From: Octopus vulgaris
Taxonomy: Eukaryota
Assembly (NCBI GenBank): GCA_951406725.2
Contig: OX597826.1
Span: 80,228,001-80,292,000, forward strand
Direction of reading: 5' to 3'
Length of the DNA: 64,000 nt
Positions 41,964 through 55,880 of this stretch are shown here, piece by piece. Each line of letters opens with the position of its first letter. The stretch's first letter is position 1. Both the position numbers and the translations under genes were made by a program. The notes below the pieces were generated by a model that saw only the letters and a program-made list of their open reading frames with translations, had not been told where the DNA came from and searched no databases.

Positions 41964-42774
41964 ACGTGTGTGTTCTGAGTGTGTGCGTATGTGCGTGCAT
42001 GCGACAGAAAATCGTTCCGTATTTCACACGACTAGTGTTGTGGTGCTAAAAATGTTTGGTAGAGATTAATAGTGTCTGCATGGGGCTAATGGTTTTTGAA
42101 GCAAGTTTTTATATGTTTTCCTTTCAGCCACCATCATGGTGTGGGCTGGGAGCAGACAGTGCGCTGGCTTTTGAAACGTTTGTCAACACACAGATGCATA
42201 TGTGTATATGTGTGTGTATATACATATGTACGTATATGTGTGTTAACGTTCAGTATGTCTAACCTACTGGACCGTAACCATCAACCCTGCTGCTGATTGA
42301 GATATTCCCATCTATTTTCGCTATCATAAAAAAAAAATGGTTTTACTGCTGTTTGTCAAAAGCCAACAGTTTTAGAACAACGACCTGCTCAGGTGTTTGG
42401 GGACAATTTGCAGTTATTTGGTATCTCCCGCCCAATCAATAAATTCAGCACGACTCACTTATCACAGATTTGTGACATCACATTAAATTTACTTCGGAGA
42501 TTTGGATCTATATATTTTTTTTCGTTTGTTTTGGTTCTTTCTTATTGCTTCCTATATCTTGCTATTGTTTTATTTAATGAATTGTTAGATGTTGTTGACA
42601 CCTAACATATTCATATATTTCGGTTGAAGCAATAAAGACAGGTCTGCGCTTTTGTTTTGTTTATTTGGCTGATGGAATATCATCCAAATCCATTAAGTGT
42701 TTCCAACAAATTGCTTAAAAACCAAAACCTCTAAAAAACACTGCCTATTAAAATCACACTATCATCTTTATTGA

Positions 42775-42912
42775 CTGTTATTATTATTTTTACTATTGTT
42801 ATCATTACTACTACTATTATTATTATTATTATTGTTATTATCATTATTATTATTATTATCATTATTATTATTATCATTATTATTATTATCATTATTATTA
42901 TTATCATTATTA

Positions 42913-42990
<78 letters not shown>

Positions 42991-43097
42991 GTATTAGTAT
43001 TAGTATTATTATTATTATTACTATTATTATTATCATTATTATTATTATTATTTTTATTTTTACTATTGTTATCATTATTACAATTATTATTATTATT

Positions 43098-43130
<33 letters not shown>

Positions 43131-43134
43131 ATTG

Positions 43135-43168
<34 letters not shown>

Positions 43169-43200
43169 GATTATTATTATTATTATTATTGTTATTTTAT
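42775..43200. repeat. (ATT)/(GTT) trinucleotide array
   Basis: Direct reading. Confidence 0.95.
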
Positions 43201-43887
43201 TTTAGTTTTTCTTTCACATTATTGTAAAACCAGTAAATTAAATTAGCTAATTCATCGTAAAATCTTCACGTCGAGTCGGAATGAGATTTTGTTTCGTTGT
43301 GTTTTTTTTTTTGTTTTTTCCCCTCTATTGCAACCGCGTCTAGAATACATCTAATGTAAGGTTGTTGCTTTTCTTGTTGATGTAGTGCTGTCGGCGGCGG
43401 CGGCGGCGTTGATGGAGGTGATTGATGGTGGTGGAGGTGGTAATCATTGTTTTTATCGGTGTTGTTATTGTTTTAGCCCCTAAGTTGAGTCCATTCTAGT
43501 GGTTCCTACGACGCCCTGCTCTTTACATTACCTTATTCTCTTTTTAGATTATATATTTATCTTACTGCAAAATGTCTCCTATGTTCTGAATGACATTTAG
43601 GTGTGATTTGAAGGTGTTGTGGAAGAATCCGAACACCCCCGTGAATGGACGGTTCTAATCTGTATATGCACGCATGCGTGCTAGAGATACAAAATTAAGT
43701 GTGGTATGTACAGATGCTGCATAAAAACAGCCGTAAAAGTCGTTTGAGAAGAGATGTTGGAATTACGTGTTGGTGGATTGATAGTTGTTTAATTGAGTAT
43801 GGCAGAAGACCTCAATCACGACAAAGTATCATAACAGAAGGGCATTTGGCAATGGCACCTAGGGCCCCTACTGACAAGGCATAGGGT

Positions 43888-43984
43888 CTACTATAGCCTC
43901 GGGCTGACCAAAGCCTTGTCAGTGGATTTGGTAATCGGAAACTGAAAGAATGAAAGAAGCCTGTCCAATATATATATATGTGTG

Positions 43985-44064
<80 letters not shown>

Positions 44065-44258
44065 TGTGTGTCTGTGTTTGTCCCCCCACATCACTTGACA
44101 ACTGATGCTGGTGTGTTTACGTTCCAGTAACTTAGCGTTTCGGCAAAAAAGAACGATAGAATAATTTCTAGAGGGTGGTGATCTGGCAGAAACGTTAGCA
44201 CGTCGTGCGAAAAGCTTAGCGGTATTTCGTCTGCCGTTGCGTTCTGAGCTCAAATTTT
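43888..44258 (+). mobile_element. Composite CORE-SINE 3' part plus Nin/Deu-SINE head, with the same junction as 2478-2770
   Basis: Shared junction GATAGAATAATTTCTAGAGGGTGGTGA(G/T)CTGGCAGAAACGTTAG. Confidence 0.88.
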
Positions 44259-44512
44259 AGCAGAGAAGAAGAAGAAGAAGAAGAAGAAGAAGAAGAAGAA
44301 GAAGAAGAAGAAGAAGAAGAAGAAGAAAAAGAAGAAGAAAAAGAAGAAGAAGAAGAAGAAGAAGAAGAAGAAGAAGAAGAAGAAGAAGAAGAAGAAGATA
44401 TAGACAGAGAGTGAGAGAGATTTCCGTACACATTCATATATCGACAGATGCACATACATACATACATACATACATACATACATACATACATACATACATA
44501 CATACATACATA

Positions 44513-44869
44513 CGGTGGCGGACTGACCAGGTTGCCAGCTTGCTCGATAGCAAGTGGGCTCCTGCGCCATTAGAATCCATATATGGGGGCCCATGTTAGT
44601 ATCTAAGGGACCCATCCCCTCAAGTTTGAGAATTTTGTTATTCACTCCCGGAAGAATGCATTAATTATTTCGGGCTGGCTGTGTTTGCAGACAGGTGAAA
44701 AGAATGCTTTTAACAACAAAATAGTAATAAATTATAGCATTGTAGTTGCGAGTTGGCCCCATTGTAGTTGTGGGTGGGCCCCTTGTAGTTGCGGGTGGGC
44801 CCCTCGTAGTTGCGGGTGGACCCCTTTAGTCTCCTGGCAACCAATGTTTCTAGACTCAGTCCGCTACTG
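44513..44869. mobile_element. hAT-type MITE inserted in (CATA)n
   Basis: TIRs CGGTGGCGGACTGA / TCAGTCCGCTACTG. Flanks read CATACATA on both sides. Subterminal TGGGCCCC motifs, including four 21-22-bp tandem units at 44740-44824. Confidence 0.8.
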
Positions 44870-45974
44870 CATACATACATACATACATACATACATACAT
44901 ACATACATACATACATACATACATACACACAGACATATACATACACACACACACTACTGAGTTATCGGTAAATATGGCTGGTCACCAAATCACCAATCGA
45001 TATGCACTTCCGATTGGTAAAATTAATTATCAGATCGATTCCCGAACAATAAAATTCATCGTCGTTGTAAAGCTAATTGTATTCTTTTTATAGTTTATTA
45101 TTTGTCTCCGTACAATGAATGTCCTGACGCTGGTATTACAATGAAATTCAGATTCATTGAGTAATTCGTAATTGTTTTTACGGGTAGTGTCCATCTTGGC
45201 TGCTCCAAAGCTTATGTTTTTGTCTTTGAGCAATCGTTAGTTTACTCTTAAATATCAGATGGTAACTCATTTAGTATTGATAAAATAAAGAGCAGTAATA
45301 TTCAAGCGAAACCATCACCCACCATTTTCTATTTCTACTCTTTTTCTAATATAAATAACAAATAACATGACAAATCAAACGAAATGTTTTATGTCGATTG
45401 TTGCAAGAAGGATAAATAGGCTTTGTTTTGCGGTCTGAAACCACTTACATCAGTGGAGATTTACAGATGTGTGTGTTCTACCAAAGAAAAACGAAATGTC
45501 TGTCTGACAGCTGTTGCCTTGTAAAATAGTGATCGTTGTCAACAGGTTTATTACCGCGGCGTATTACAACTTGATGTCAACGCCTGTGTTACGAGTGTTT
45601 GCTTTATAAAATGAAGACGATGGCATCGGTCAATGTAAACACCATCATCTGGAATGGGTTAAGTGATTTGTATTTCAAGTTTAAGTAGAGCTACTCGTAT
45701 TAATCTGTATAAACGGGTCCGAGAGATATCGGATCAGTTTTATTTACTTGACACAACCAGATTTTTTACTCATATGTTGTTTTTATGTTTAACCCCCGGT
45801 CAGAATCGATCGAGCAGTCAGATAGAAGATCGAAAGTGTCCCGACAGTAATATGCTTATCTTTTTTACCCTTTTTATCAAATAATTTGTATCCAGGCCAG
45901 CTCAATATCCAAAGTATCTTTTTTTATGAGACGGCTGAGTGTAACAGTAAAAAGACTGTCATACAGATGTTGCT

Positions 45975-46380
45975 TAGTAGGATGTTGTTGCCAAGAAAGA
46001 TTGGAAAATGTACGAAGTATTTTCGTAGACGTACGATCTAGCTTGTTTTTAAATATCTTGTTCGGTGTTCATGCCGAAGAGTCATAGAGAACTGATTGAA
46101 AGACTGCTTTGAAGAAACACCTCTTCCTGTTGACACCTCGGTAATCAAAGATAGAATATATTAAGCAAGAGACTGCTGGGGAAGCAAAGATGAAATGTCT
46201 GGCGATCTTCTTCTGTGGGAATATACACATGGACATCCAGGTATTGGCAGACCCAGAAGATCAGATATCGAATAACTTGTGAAAGACACCGGCTATCAGG
46301 TTGAAGATATGAAGACTGTTTGGGGAAAGCGGGACACCTGGCTTGAAAGAGTAGCTTGGTCCGGATAATTCACCCAACGG
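45975..46380 (+). pseudogene. RTE-like LINE 3' end followed by (GATA)n
   Basis: Translation CWGSKDEMSGDLLLWEYTHGHPGIGRPRRSDIE*LVKDTG...RDTWLERV matches the RTE-clade C-terminal GRP...W pattern. Confidence 0.8.
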
Positions 46381-46454
<74 letters not shown>

Positions 46455-46459
46455 CAGAC

Positions 46460-46579
<120 letters not shown>

Positions 46580-46680
46580 GCATGCATGCATGCATACATA
46601 CATACATACAATACATACAATACATACATACATACATACATACATACATACATACATACATACATACATACATACATACA

Positions 46681-46712
<32 letters not shown>

Positions 46713-47335
46713 AATATGAATGACAAGTCGATCAGCCACTCAGAATAAGCTTTATAACAACTAACACGAAGTTTTACTAAGATTCTAGGGTAAATATTTA
46801 TATGTTGTGTTTTTCCGCTATAAAAACAATAATTTGATTAACTGACTCCACACCAAACTCTTCAAGTAACGGGTTTACCCGGATATATTGACTTCGATTT
46901 GTGAGAAGGAAATAGTTATATTGTTTATCAAAGAAAAACAGAAAGACTTTGCATATATTTTTTGGCTTCGTTTTGTTTTTATTATCGGGTGATTTGATTA
47001 TGTTATTCAGTTCATAAAAGCTAGAGAGAGGAGAAAGGACGTAACGGCAACCATTTTGCAGGTCTCTTTTTCTACAGCCTGGTGAGATTTTTGTGGTTGA
47101 TTCTTATTCTAAAATTTCTACAGGTGAAATGTAGGTATGAAAGACTTGTATCGGAAAGAATTCAACCAAAGGTGCCTGGATGATGATGATGATGATGATG
47201 ATGATAGAGATGATGCTGTTTAAGCACAGGTTAACTAAGTCTGATTCAACAAAACTAGTATCAAAACATTCCAGGAGCGAGTATCCTGCCGTGTTTTTAT
47301 GTATTGGGAACCCAGAACCTCATTATACAAGGTAT

Positions 47336-47552
47336 GGCGGCGAGCTGGCAAAAACGTTAACACACCGGGTGAAATGCTTAGCAGCATTTCGTCTGCTGTT
47401 ACGTTCTGAGTTCAAATTCCGCCGAGGTCTACTTTGCCTTTCAACCTTTCGGGGTCGATTAAATAAATACCAGTTACGCACTGGCGTCAATGTAATCAAC
47501 TTAATCTCTTTGTATGTCCTTGTTTGTCCCCTCTGTGAGCAATAAAGAAATA
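47336..47552 (+). mobile_element. Nin/Deu-domain SINE with TSD
   Basis: GGCGGCGAGCTGGCA head, tail CAATAAAGAAATA, flanking TATACAAG at 47324-47331 and 47553-47560. Confidence 0.88.
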
Positions 47553-47831
47553 TATACAAGTTATTTTTTAGGGCAATAGGATTTGATTTGAGGTAGGTTC
47601 AGCTGCTATTTCTAGCGGGTTAAGCCAACAAAGTCGATCAGTCGTGAACAAAGTGCAGCCCACGGGACTTTCTAAATGGCGCACCTAAGCGAAAAATTAC
47701 CATGGAATCTTTTAAGTTGTGCAGCTCGTCTGATGATGAGCCAGGTCTCATGCATCCCGCTTCTTGAAAAAGATGAACCATGTCTTATGTATTTGCTTCC
47801 TCGTGTGTTTTACAACAATGGTATTAAATGA

Positions 47832-48061
47832 GGCGGCGAGCTGGCAGAAACGTTAGCACGCCGGGCGAAATGCTTAGCAGTATTTCGTCTGCCACTGCGT
47901 TCTGAGTTCAAATTCCGCCGAGGTCGACTTTGCCTTTCATCCTTTCGGGGTCGATTAATAAGTACCAGTTACGAACTGGAGTCGATATACTCGACTTAAT
48001 CCGTGTGTCTGTCCTTATTTGTCTCCTATGTGTGTAGCCCCTTGTGGGCAGTAAAGAAATA
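47832..48061 (+). mobile_element. Well-preserved Nin/Deu-domain SINE
   Basis: GGCGGCGAGCTGGCAGAAACGTTAGC...GCCTTTCATCCTTTCGGGGTCGAT...GTGGGCAGTAAAGAAATA. Confidence 0.92.
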
Positions 48062-49018
48062 GGCTAAACATTAAGGAATAGCTGAATTACTCACTAAATT
48101 ATGGAATTCGACCTGCATGAGATAGCAGTTAAATCTCTCTTAAATCATAGCCTGTCTCATCTTTAGAATAGATAACATTTCATAGTGTGGTCTGAGATAA
48201 ACACTGCTGCAAAGGCAGTGTGATCATGATTTGAATAACCTTAGTAATAAGTTTGCTCGCTCAAAGTAGATCTGGGGCTAAACAAGATCAACAACAGCAT
48301 TCGTAGATGAGCAGATCTACTGGCTTCCGGCTGTAACAGGAAGTAGTTATAAATATTTGCAAATTTGGAAAGAGTGGAGTAGCTGCAGTCCAGAATCGAA
48401 ACGGCGAACTAGATTCAACATCAGCTTCCCTCCTACGTAAATTCGCTTTTCTTCTCGAGCCCACCGTAGTCGGTTTCTACGAAGCCTGCCTCAAGTCATT
48501 CACGCTATCTTCTGATTCAAGAAGTAACAATGGAAGGTCACAACCGAAGTGTTTTTATGCAATGGTCTGCTTGACCTGGATTGACCCAGCAATAAAATAC
48601 TAGCAGCAACAACGACGAGCTTCTTTCTAGAATGGAAAGACGTAAAATTTAAATACCAAAATGTCAAAGAAGATTTAAATCAGAACAATTTGATTCCGTT
48701 CTCCTCGTGTTTAAAGACTGAAAACCTTAACATAAAAGTACGCCGCTTATATCAACACTCATAAATTTCAATGAAATTTATACGAAACCTTTTATCCACA
48801 ATGACCGTAAAAGTATATCAAAAGATAATACATCTCACGGGAATTATCAGGATTGACCTTCAGACCCCACTCTATTTCTCTCGCTCTCTTTCACTCACTC
48901 ACCTCTCTCTCTCTCTGTGGATACATACATGCATATATATATATATACATACATACATATATATATCGATATATATGTGTGTGTATATATATATATATTG
49001 ACACACATACACACACAT

Positions 49019-49070
<52 letters not shown>

Positions 49071-49086
49071 TCACACACACACACAC

Positions 49087-49152
<66 letters not shown>

Positions 49153-49886
49153 GTATGCGTATAGAGAAATAAGTGATTTGACGAATATTTATTGCGATTT
49201 CTTTAAATCAACGAAAACATTTTCCAATATTGCAGATAATAATGCTAATAATATTGATGCAAATGCAAATAGAAATAGACACGGACACACAGACACACAC
49301 TCGTACATACACACACACATACACACAAATTCTATCTCTCTTTCTCTTTTCATTCCTTCTCACTTTCCCTCTTCAGTCTCTCTCTCTCTCTTTCACTTTC
49401 TTTACACTCTCTTTCTCTCTTCATTCCCTTTCTCTTTCTCTCTCCATTCCATCTCTCTCTCTTTCTCTTTCTTCACACTCTCTCTCCCTTTCTTTCTTTC
49501 TTCCTTCCATCTCTCTCTCTCTTTCTTCATTCCCCCTCACTTTCTCTCTCCATTCTCTCTCTCTCTCTCACCCCCACTTTTTTTCCTTCTCCGCCTACAC
49601 ACAAACGGGTGTATATACACACACACACATCACTCAATCTGTGTACTAGAGAAAAGGAGACACCGTGTGCGTGTGTGCGTGTGTGCGTGTGTTTGCGTAA
49701 GTGTGTATTTGTGAGTGTACGTATTTGTGTGTTTGTAAACATGAAAGACGATATATATAAGAATAGCTAAACTTGTGAACGCTGCTTGATTCTAATTTCC
49801 ATAGATTTGATACGATTCCCCAAGTATCAATAAAATTTAGCAATATCTGCTTTCTCTTTCTAGCTGACACAAATATGTCTCCGTGA

Positions 49887-49952
<66 letters not shown>

Positions 49953-50024
49953 CACACATTTGCCTATCGGCATTTCGTTAAATTGGAAGAGACATATTTC
50001 CAATAAAGAAGACAATAATAAAAT

Positions 50025-50336
50025 AATCCTTTCAACTGAAGGCACAGGGCCTGAATTTTGTGGTGGTGGGGGGACTAGTCAATTACATCAACCCCCAGTG
50101 TTTCACTGGTACTTAATTTATCGATCACGAAAGGATGTAAGGCAAAGTCGACCTCGGCAGAATTTGAACTCAGAACTTCGCCTCAGACGAAATACCTATT
50201 TCTTTACTGCCCACAAGGGGCTAAACACAGAGAGGACAAACAAGGACAGGCAAACGGATTTAGTCGATTACATCGACCCCAGTTCGTAACTGGTACTTAA
50301 TTTATCGATCCCGAAAAGATGAAAGGCAAAGTCGAC
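50025..50336 (-). mobile_element. Dimeric Nin/Deu-domain SINE
   Basis: Two partial units joined at GAAATACC|TATTTCTTTACT. Confidence 0.85.
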
Positions 50337-50959
50337 ACATCTTTGTCACACAGCAAGACAGAAATTATAAGAAAAATACCAGTTATCGAACTATCTTATA
50401 AAGAGACAAAACTCTTTTTCATTTAAATTCATCGATAAGGGTAATTTTAAATTTCTTGTAGCTGTCGGCCATCAATGTTTCTCGGATGGTTGATTCATAC
50501 ATTATTTTTTCCTGAATCTGAGAGTCAAAACATATTTTCTGGGAACATCTGCATCATTTTCTGAATATATTTCGTTTTCCCTATACAATATGGACAGTTG
50601 ATGAGTCCCCTTTAAAATAATCCAAGAGAAACCACGTAAAAGCTGTAAACCTTAGGTGAAACAGACAGCCATGCCTGGACATTCGTGTTGAGAAATGACC
50701 GCAATAAATAAAGGACATCAACGGGATACAAGTCGAATGAAAAAATCAGCGCATATACGATGCTTTCATAATCTTTTGTGCAAGTCTTCCATTGTCATCT
50801 CAGAAATTACTTATGTCACAGTTTTGCTCCGTCAGGGCTGAACTTGAGCCAAAAAGAAAACAAACTAATGACCACAGAAATTCTACAACAAATTGGAAAT
50901 TAAAGCTCACATTTCAGCCGTCAAATGCTTTGTAAATCCCGTCATTTTCCTTCTATAAT

Positions 50960-51333
50960 GAGAAGCACTCCGTCGGTTACGACGATGAGGGTTCCGGTTG
51001 ATCCGACCAACGGAACAGCCTGCTCGTGAAATTAACGTGTAAGTGGCTGAGCACTCCACAGACACGTGTACCCTTAACGTAGTTCTCGGGGATATTCAGC
51101 GTGACACAGAGTGTGACAAGGCCGGCCCTTTGAAATACAGGTATAACAGAAACAGGAAGTAAGAGTGAGAGAAAGAGTGGTGAAAGAGTACAGCAGGGAT
51201 CACCACCATCCCCTGCCGGAGCCTCGTGGAGCTTTTTTCTGTGTTTTTCGCTCAACGCCCGGTCTGGGAATCGAAACCGCGATCCTACGACCGCGAGTCC
51301 GCTGCCCTAACCACTGGGCCATTGCGCCTCCAC
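50960..51333 (-). mobile_element. tRNA-derived SINE, body type C, tail type 3, with TSD
   Basis: GGAGGCGCAATGGCCCAGTGGTTAGGGC head. 11-bp TSD CCTTCTATAAT at 50949-50959 and 51334-51344. Confidence 0.92.
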
Positions 51334-51673
51334 CCTTCTATAATAGTCACATGATGAAAAGAGAAATTTAATTAAAGTATAATTAAAACAAGCTGAATGA
51401 TATTTTTTTAAATAACTCATACCTTAAATATTTCTTCTTAATTGCTTAAATAATTTAGTTAATAATTTTTAATGAATATTTAAAAGTAAAATGGCCGTAG
51501 CCGAGCCAGAAGATTAAAGTAACGGAATTTAATTTAAATTCGTTTAAAACATATCAGGACAAAAACTGTCCATGCTGCTTTCCGTCCCTTTTCCTTGGAT
51601 CTACAAGATTTTATATTGCCAATTCGAAATACGACTGAGCACACCTATCATCAAGGGCATTCCGGCCATGGGT

Positions 51674-51915
51674 GGAGGCGTGTGGCTTAGTGGTTAGGCT
51701 GCTGCACTCATAATAGTAAGATTGAGGTTTCGATTCCTGGACCGGGCGATGTGTTGTGTTCTTGAGCAAAACACTTCATTTCACATTGGTTCAGTCCACT
51801 CAGCTGACAAACATTTGGAATCCTGCGACGGACCGGCGCCCCGTCAAAATGGAGAATAATTATATATGCCACGGAAACCGGAAAACCGGCCATATGAGCC
51901 TATATGGCTCGGAAA
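51674..51915 (+). mobile_element. tRNA-derived SINE, head type D, tail type 2
   Basis: GGAGGCGTGTGGCTTAGTGGTTAGG, GGTTTCGATTCC, TTGTGTTCTTGAGCAA, CCTGCGACGGACCGG...GGAAACCGG. Confidence 0.82.
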
Positions 51916-51924
51916 GTGTCATTA

Positions 51925-51955
<31 letters not shown>

Positions 51956-51956
<1 letters not shown>

Positions 51957-52333
51957 GGAGTGGCTGTGTGGTTAGTAGCTTGCTTACCAATCACATGGGT
52001 CTGGGTTCAGTCCCACTGTGTGGCACCTTGGACAAGTGTCTTCTACTATAGCCTCGGGCCAACCAAAGCCTTGTGAGTAGATTTGAAAGACAGAAACTGA
52101 AAGAAGCCCGTCGTGTATATAGATATGTGTTTGTGTGTTTGTCGCTCCAACATCGCTTGACAACAGAAGCTGGTGTGTTTACGTCCCTGTAACTAGGCGG
52201 TTCGGCAAAAGTGACCGATGGAATAAGTACTAGGCTTACTGAGAATAAGTCCTGGGGTCGATTTCCCGACTAAAAGTGGCGTTCCAACATGGCCGTAGTC
52301 AAATGACTGAAACACGTGAAAGAATAAAAGAAT
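51956..52333 (+). mobile_element. Near full-length CORE-domain SINE
   Basis: Head, core CCTTGGACAAGT, short internal TA/TG tract, complete tail to GACTGAAAC. Confidence 0.9.
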
Positions 52334-53412
52334 ACATATATATACACATATATATATATTAGCTATGATTATTACATTTTGAGGACTGCATTATCCAATG
52401 ATGGTCCTTCGTTTCTTGGATGGTATAGGGTGAATTAAAGGAGATTTATTTTCTATTTCTAGAAGGATAAGTGATCGCGAATCGTCTCCCACGTTGTCAT
52501 GCGTATTACAAATCACATGCTAAGGGGCGTCTGTTTCGCTATAAACCCTCGCTAGAAACGTATTGGCCTCATGCCTAACCAAAACGAGTTATCAAAATCT
52601 TTACCACTAGTTTTAGTCTTATCTTCTTATGGTGACCATTTCGGTGCCAAGACTATTATAGAGCAATACTATTTTGTTTATTTTTTTTCAACTTAGATAC
52701 TCATTGTTAAATTTCGTTAACCGAATTTGGCACAGAGACCTTCATCGATCTATTTCCTGATGCCAACAACAGATTATACAACCTAAGTAAATGTCTGTAT
52801 ATTCTTGCTTTATCTGGAGACGAAAAGAAGACCGTAAGGAATTTGATGCCGACAGCAAGACATATATGTAACCGGAAAGAAAATTGGGAAACAAACAGAA
52901 AACTTTAACCATTGTAATTATTTTGTGCGCCATGTAATCTATCTCTTATTCAGAGAGCCACAGCGTACGGTAATATATTTTCATTAACTAATAACTTACG
53001 CCGTAGTTAAGACATATTTTGGTAGTAGTTAAGCATATATATATATATATCAAGTAGTTAAGATCCGTGTATGTAGTAGTTCGGATGGTTGCGTGTAGTA
53101 ATGAAGAAAGAAGATATATGTAATTGGAAAATGAGTAAAACACGTGGAAATATTGAAGGAATGTTGGAATATATAAATCCCCGGCGATACAAATATGTGT
53201 GAGAGGATCAGTAAACATACATGCATACATATACACATATATAATACAAATGATATATGCATGTGATATATTATATGCACCATATTGGTTTCATATATAC
53301 ATACATATATATGTGCGTGTAGATATGTCTTTCTCTGTCTGTTTCTCTCTCTCTCTCTCTTTCTTTCTCTGCATATAAAAGAGAGTGAATCATCAGTTTA
53401 ACCTATATCTAA

Positions 53413-53755
53413 TATCCTTTTCTACTCTAGGCATAAGGCCCGAAATTTCGTGGGAGGGGGTGTCAGTCGATTAGATCAACCCCCAATGTGCAACTGGTAC
53501 TTAATTTATTGACCCCGAAAGAATAAATGGAAAAGTCGACCACGGCGGAATTTGATCTCAGATCGTAAAGACAGACGAAACATCGCTAAGTATTTCGCCC
53601 GGCGTGCTAACGTTTCTTATTTCTTTATTGCTCACAAGGGGATAAACATAGAGGGGACGAACAAGCACAGACAAAGGGATTAAGTCGATTACATCGACCC
53701 CAATACGTAACTAGAACTTAATTTATCGACCCCGAAAAGATGAAAGGCAAAGTCC
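53413..53755 (-). mobile_element. Dimeric Nin/Deu-domain SINE
   Basis: Two units joined at CTAACGTTTCT|TATTTCTTTATTG. Confidence 0.85.
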
Positions 53756-53905
53756 TCTATGAGATTTTCACGCTAACTACTTGATAAATTCTTATAAAGA
53801 TTTTATCCTATTTTTAAATTTTATATATATACATACATAATACATACATACATATATATATGTATATGTGTGTATGTGCGTGTGCGTGTTTATATATAAT
53901 ATATT

Positions 53906-53944
<39 letters not shown>

Positions 53945-54011
53945 ATATTTGTTTATATATATATATATATATATTTATTTATATAAATATATATATATCT
54001 ATATATATATA

Positions 54012-54054
<43 letters not shown>

Positions 54055-54064
54055 GCACGTATGT

Positions 54065-54262
54065 ATTTGTGTGTCTGTGTTTGTGCCCCCACCATCGCTT
54101 ACAACGATGTTGGTGTTATCGGCCCCTATAACTTAGCAGTTCGGCAAAAGAGACCAATAGAATAAGTACTAGGCTTACAAAGAATAAGTCCTGATGTCGA
54201 TTTGTTCGACTAAGGGCAGTGCTCCAGCATAGCCGCAGTCAAATAGCTGAAACAAGTAAAAA
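54065..54262 (+). mobile_element. CORE-SINE 3' tail following a long (TA)n
   Basis: TAACTTAGCAGTTCGGCAAAAGAGACC...GTGCTCCAGCATAGCCGCAGTC. Confidence 0.82.
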
Positions 54263-54288
54263 AAAAGAAAAAAAGTCTCTCTCTCTCC

Positions 54289-54343
<55 letters not shown>

Positions 54344-54439
54344 CATACATATATATATTGATATATATATATATATATATGTGCATGTGTGTGTGTGCAT
54401 GAGTGTGTGTACACGTGTGTTAAATATATATCTCCATTA

Positions 54440-54498
<59 letters not shown>

Positions 54499-54904
54499 GC
54501 ACCAGCTTGTTTGTACTTTTGTTCATTTTCTATTTCAATTTCTATATTTATTCTATGACTGACATTTCTACGGTTCAGGTGAACCGCCATAATTTGTGTT
54601 TGATATCATTATGAAAGCGAAGACCGGACGGAGACGTTTATTATCTCATGGATATCTCGCCTCTTTCCGGGAAATGTAATATCGTGGAAAGAAAAATAAT
54701 CGAAATTCGAAATTGAAATAAATACGAGAAACACAAAGAATCGGAAATGTATTTGTTTATCAAATATATTTATATCAAATTGGTAAATACGGTTCCTAAG
54801 ACTCCATCATATCAAATATTATAAGTAACAATTTTATTCGGAATAGAAAACAGATCGAGTGCTGACTGACGATAGAAGGCGCGCATTTGAGCCAATTGCA
54901 ATAT

Positions 54905-55509
54905 GTTTTATTTCGTTATTGCCCACAGGGGGCTAAACATAGAGGGGCCAAACAAGGACAGACAAAAGAATTAAGTCGATTACATCGAACCCAGTGCGTA
55001 ACTGGTACTTATTAAATCGACTCCTAAAGGATGAAAGGCAAAGTTGACCTCGGCGGAATTTGAACTCAGAACGTAACGGCAGACAAAATACCTATTTCTT
55101 TACTACCCACAATTGGCTAAACATAGAGTGGACAAACAAGGACAGACAAAGGGATTAAGTCGATTACATCGAACCCAGTGCGTAACTGGTACTTATTAAA
55201 TCGACTCCTAAAGGATGAAAGACAAAATCGACCTCGGCGAGATTTGAACTCAGAACGTAACGGCAGACAAAATACCTATTTCTTTACTACCCACAATTGG
55301 CTAAACATAGAGTGGACAAACAAGGACAGACAAAGGGATTAAGTCGATTACATCGAACCCAGTGCGTAACTGGTACTTATTTAACCGACCCTGAAAGGAT
55401 GAAAGGCAAAATCGACCTCGGCGAAATTTGAACTCAGAACGTAAAGACAGACGTAATACCGCTAAGCAGTTCGCCCGGCGCGCTAACGTTTCTGCCAGCT
55501 CGCCGCCTT
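54905..55509 (-). mobile_element. Trimeric Nin/Deu-domain SINE (184-bp units) with 15-bp TSD
   Basis: Units start at 54909, 55093 and 55277, with a single head at about 55455-55507. TSD AGCCAATTGCAATAT at 54890-54904 and 55510-55524. Confidence 0.93.
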
Positions 55510-55561
55510 AGCCAATTGCAATATTGTCTGAGGATGAATTACAATATAGCATACGAAAAGT

Positions 55562-55880
55562 GGTATTCCACCGGTTACGACGATGAGGGTTCCAGTTGAT
55601 CCGATCAACAACACAACTTGCTCGTGAAATTAACAGTCAAGGGGTTGAGCACTCTACAGACACGCGTACTCTTCAAGGGGTAGTTCTCGGGAAAATTCTG
55701 TGTGACACAACCTGTGACAGGGCTGGCCCCTTTGAAATACAGGTACAACTCATTTTTGCCAGCTGAGTGGACTGGAGCAACGTGAAGTAAAGTGTCTTGT
55801 TCAAGAACACAACGCACTGGCAGGAATCGAACTCACGACCTTGCAGTCGGCAGCTGAATGCCAGTAAGCCACACGCCTTC
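55562..55880 (-). mobile_element. tRNA-derived SINE, head type D, tail type 3
   Basis: GAGTTCGATTCC and TTGTGTTCTTGAACAAGACACTT. The tail matches 50970-51145. Confidence 0.85.

Noticed and set aside
47723-47745. CTGATGA followed by a TGAG/CTCA stem
   Set aside because: No GAAA box after the stem; it lies within a decayed hAT MITE related to 21453-21616.
51255-51333. tRNA gene (and similar heads elsewhere)
   Set aside because: A/B boxes are present but there is no complete cloverleaf; it is continuous with a SINE body and bounded by a TSD.
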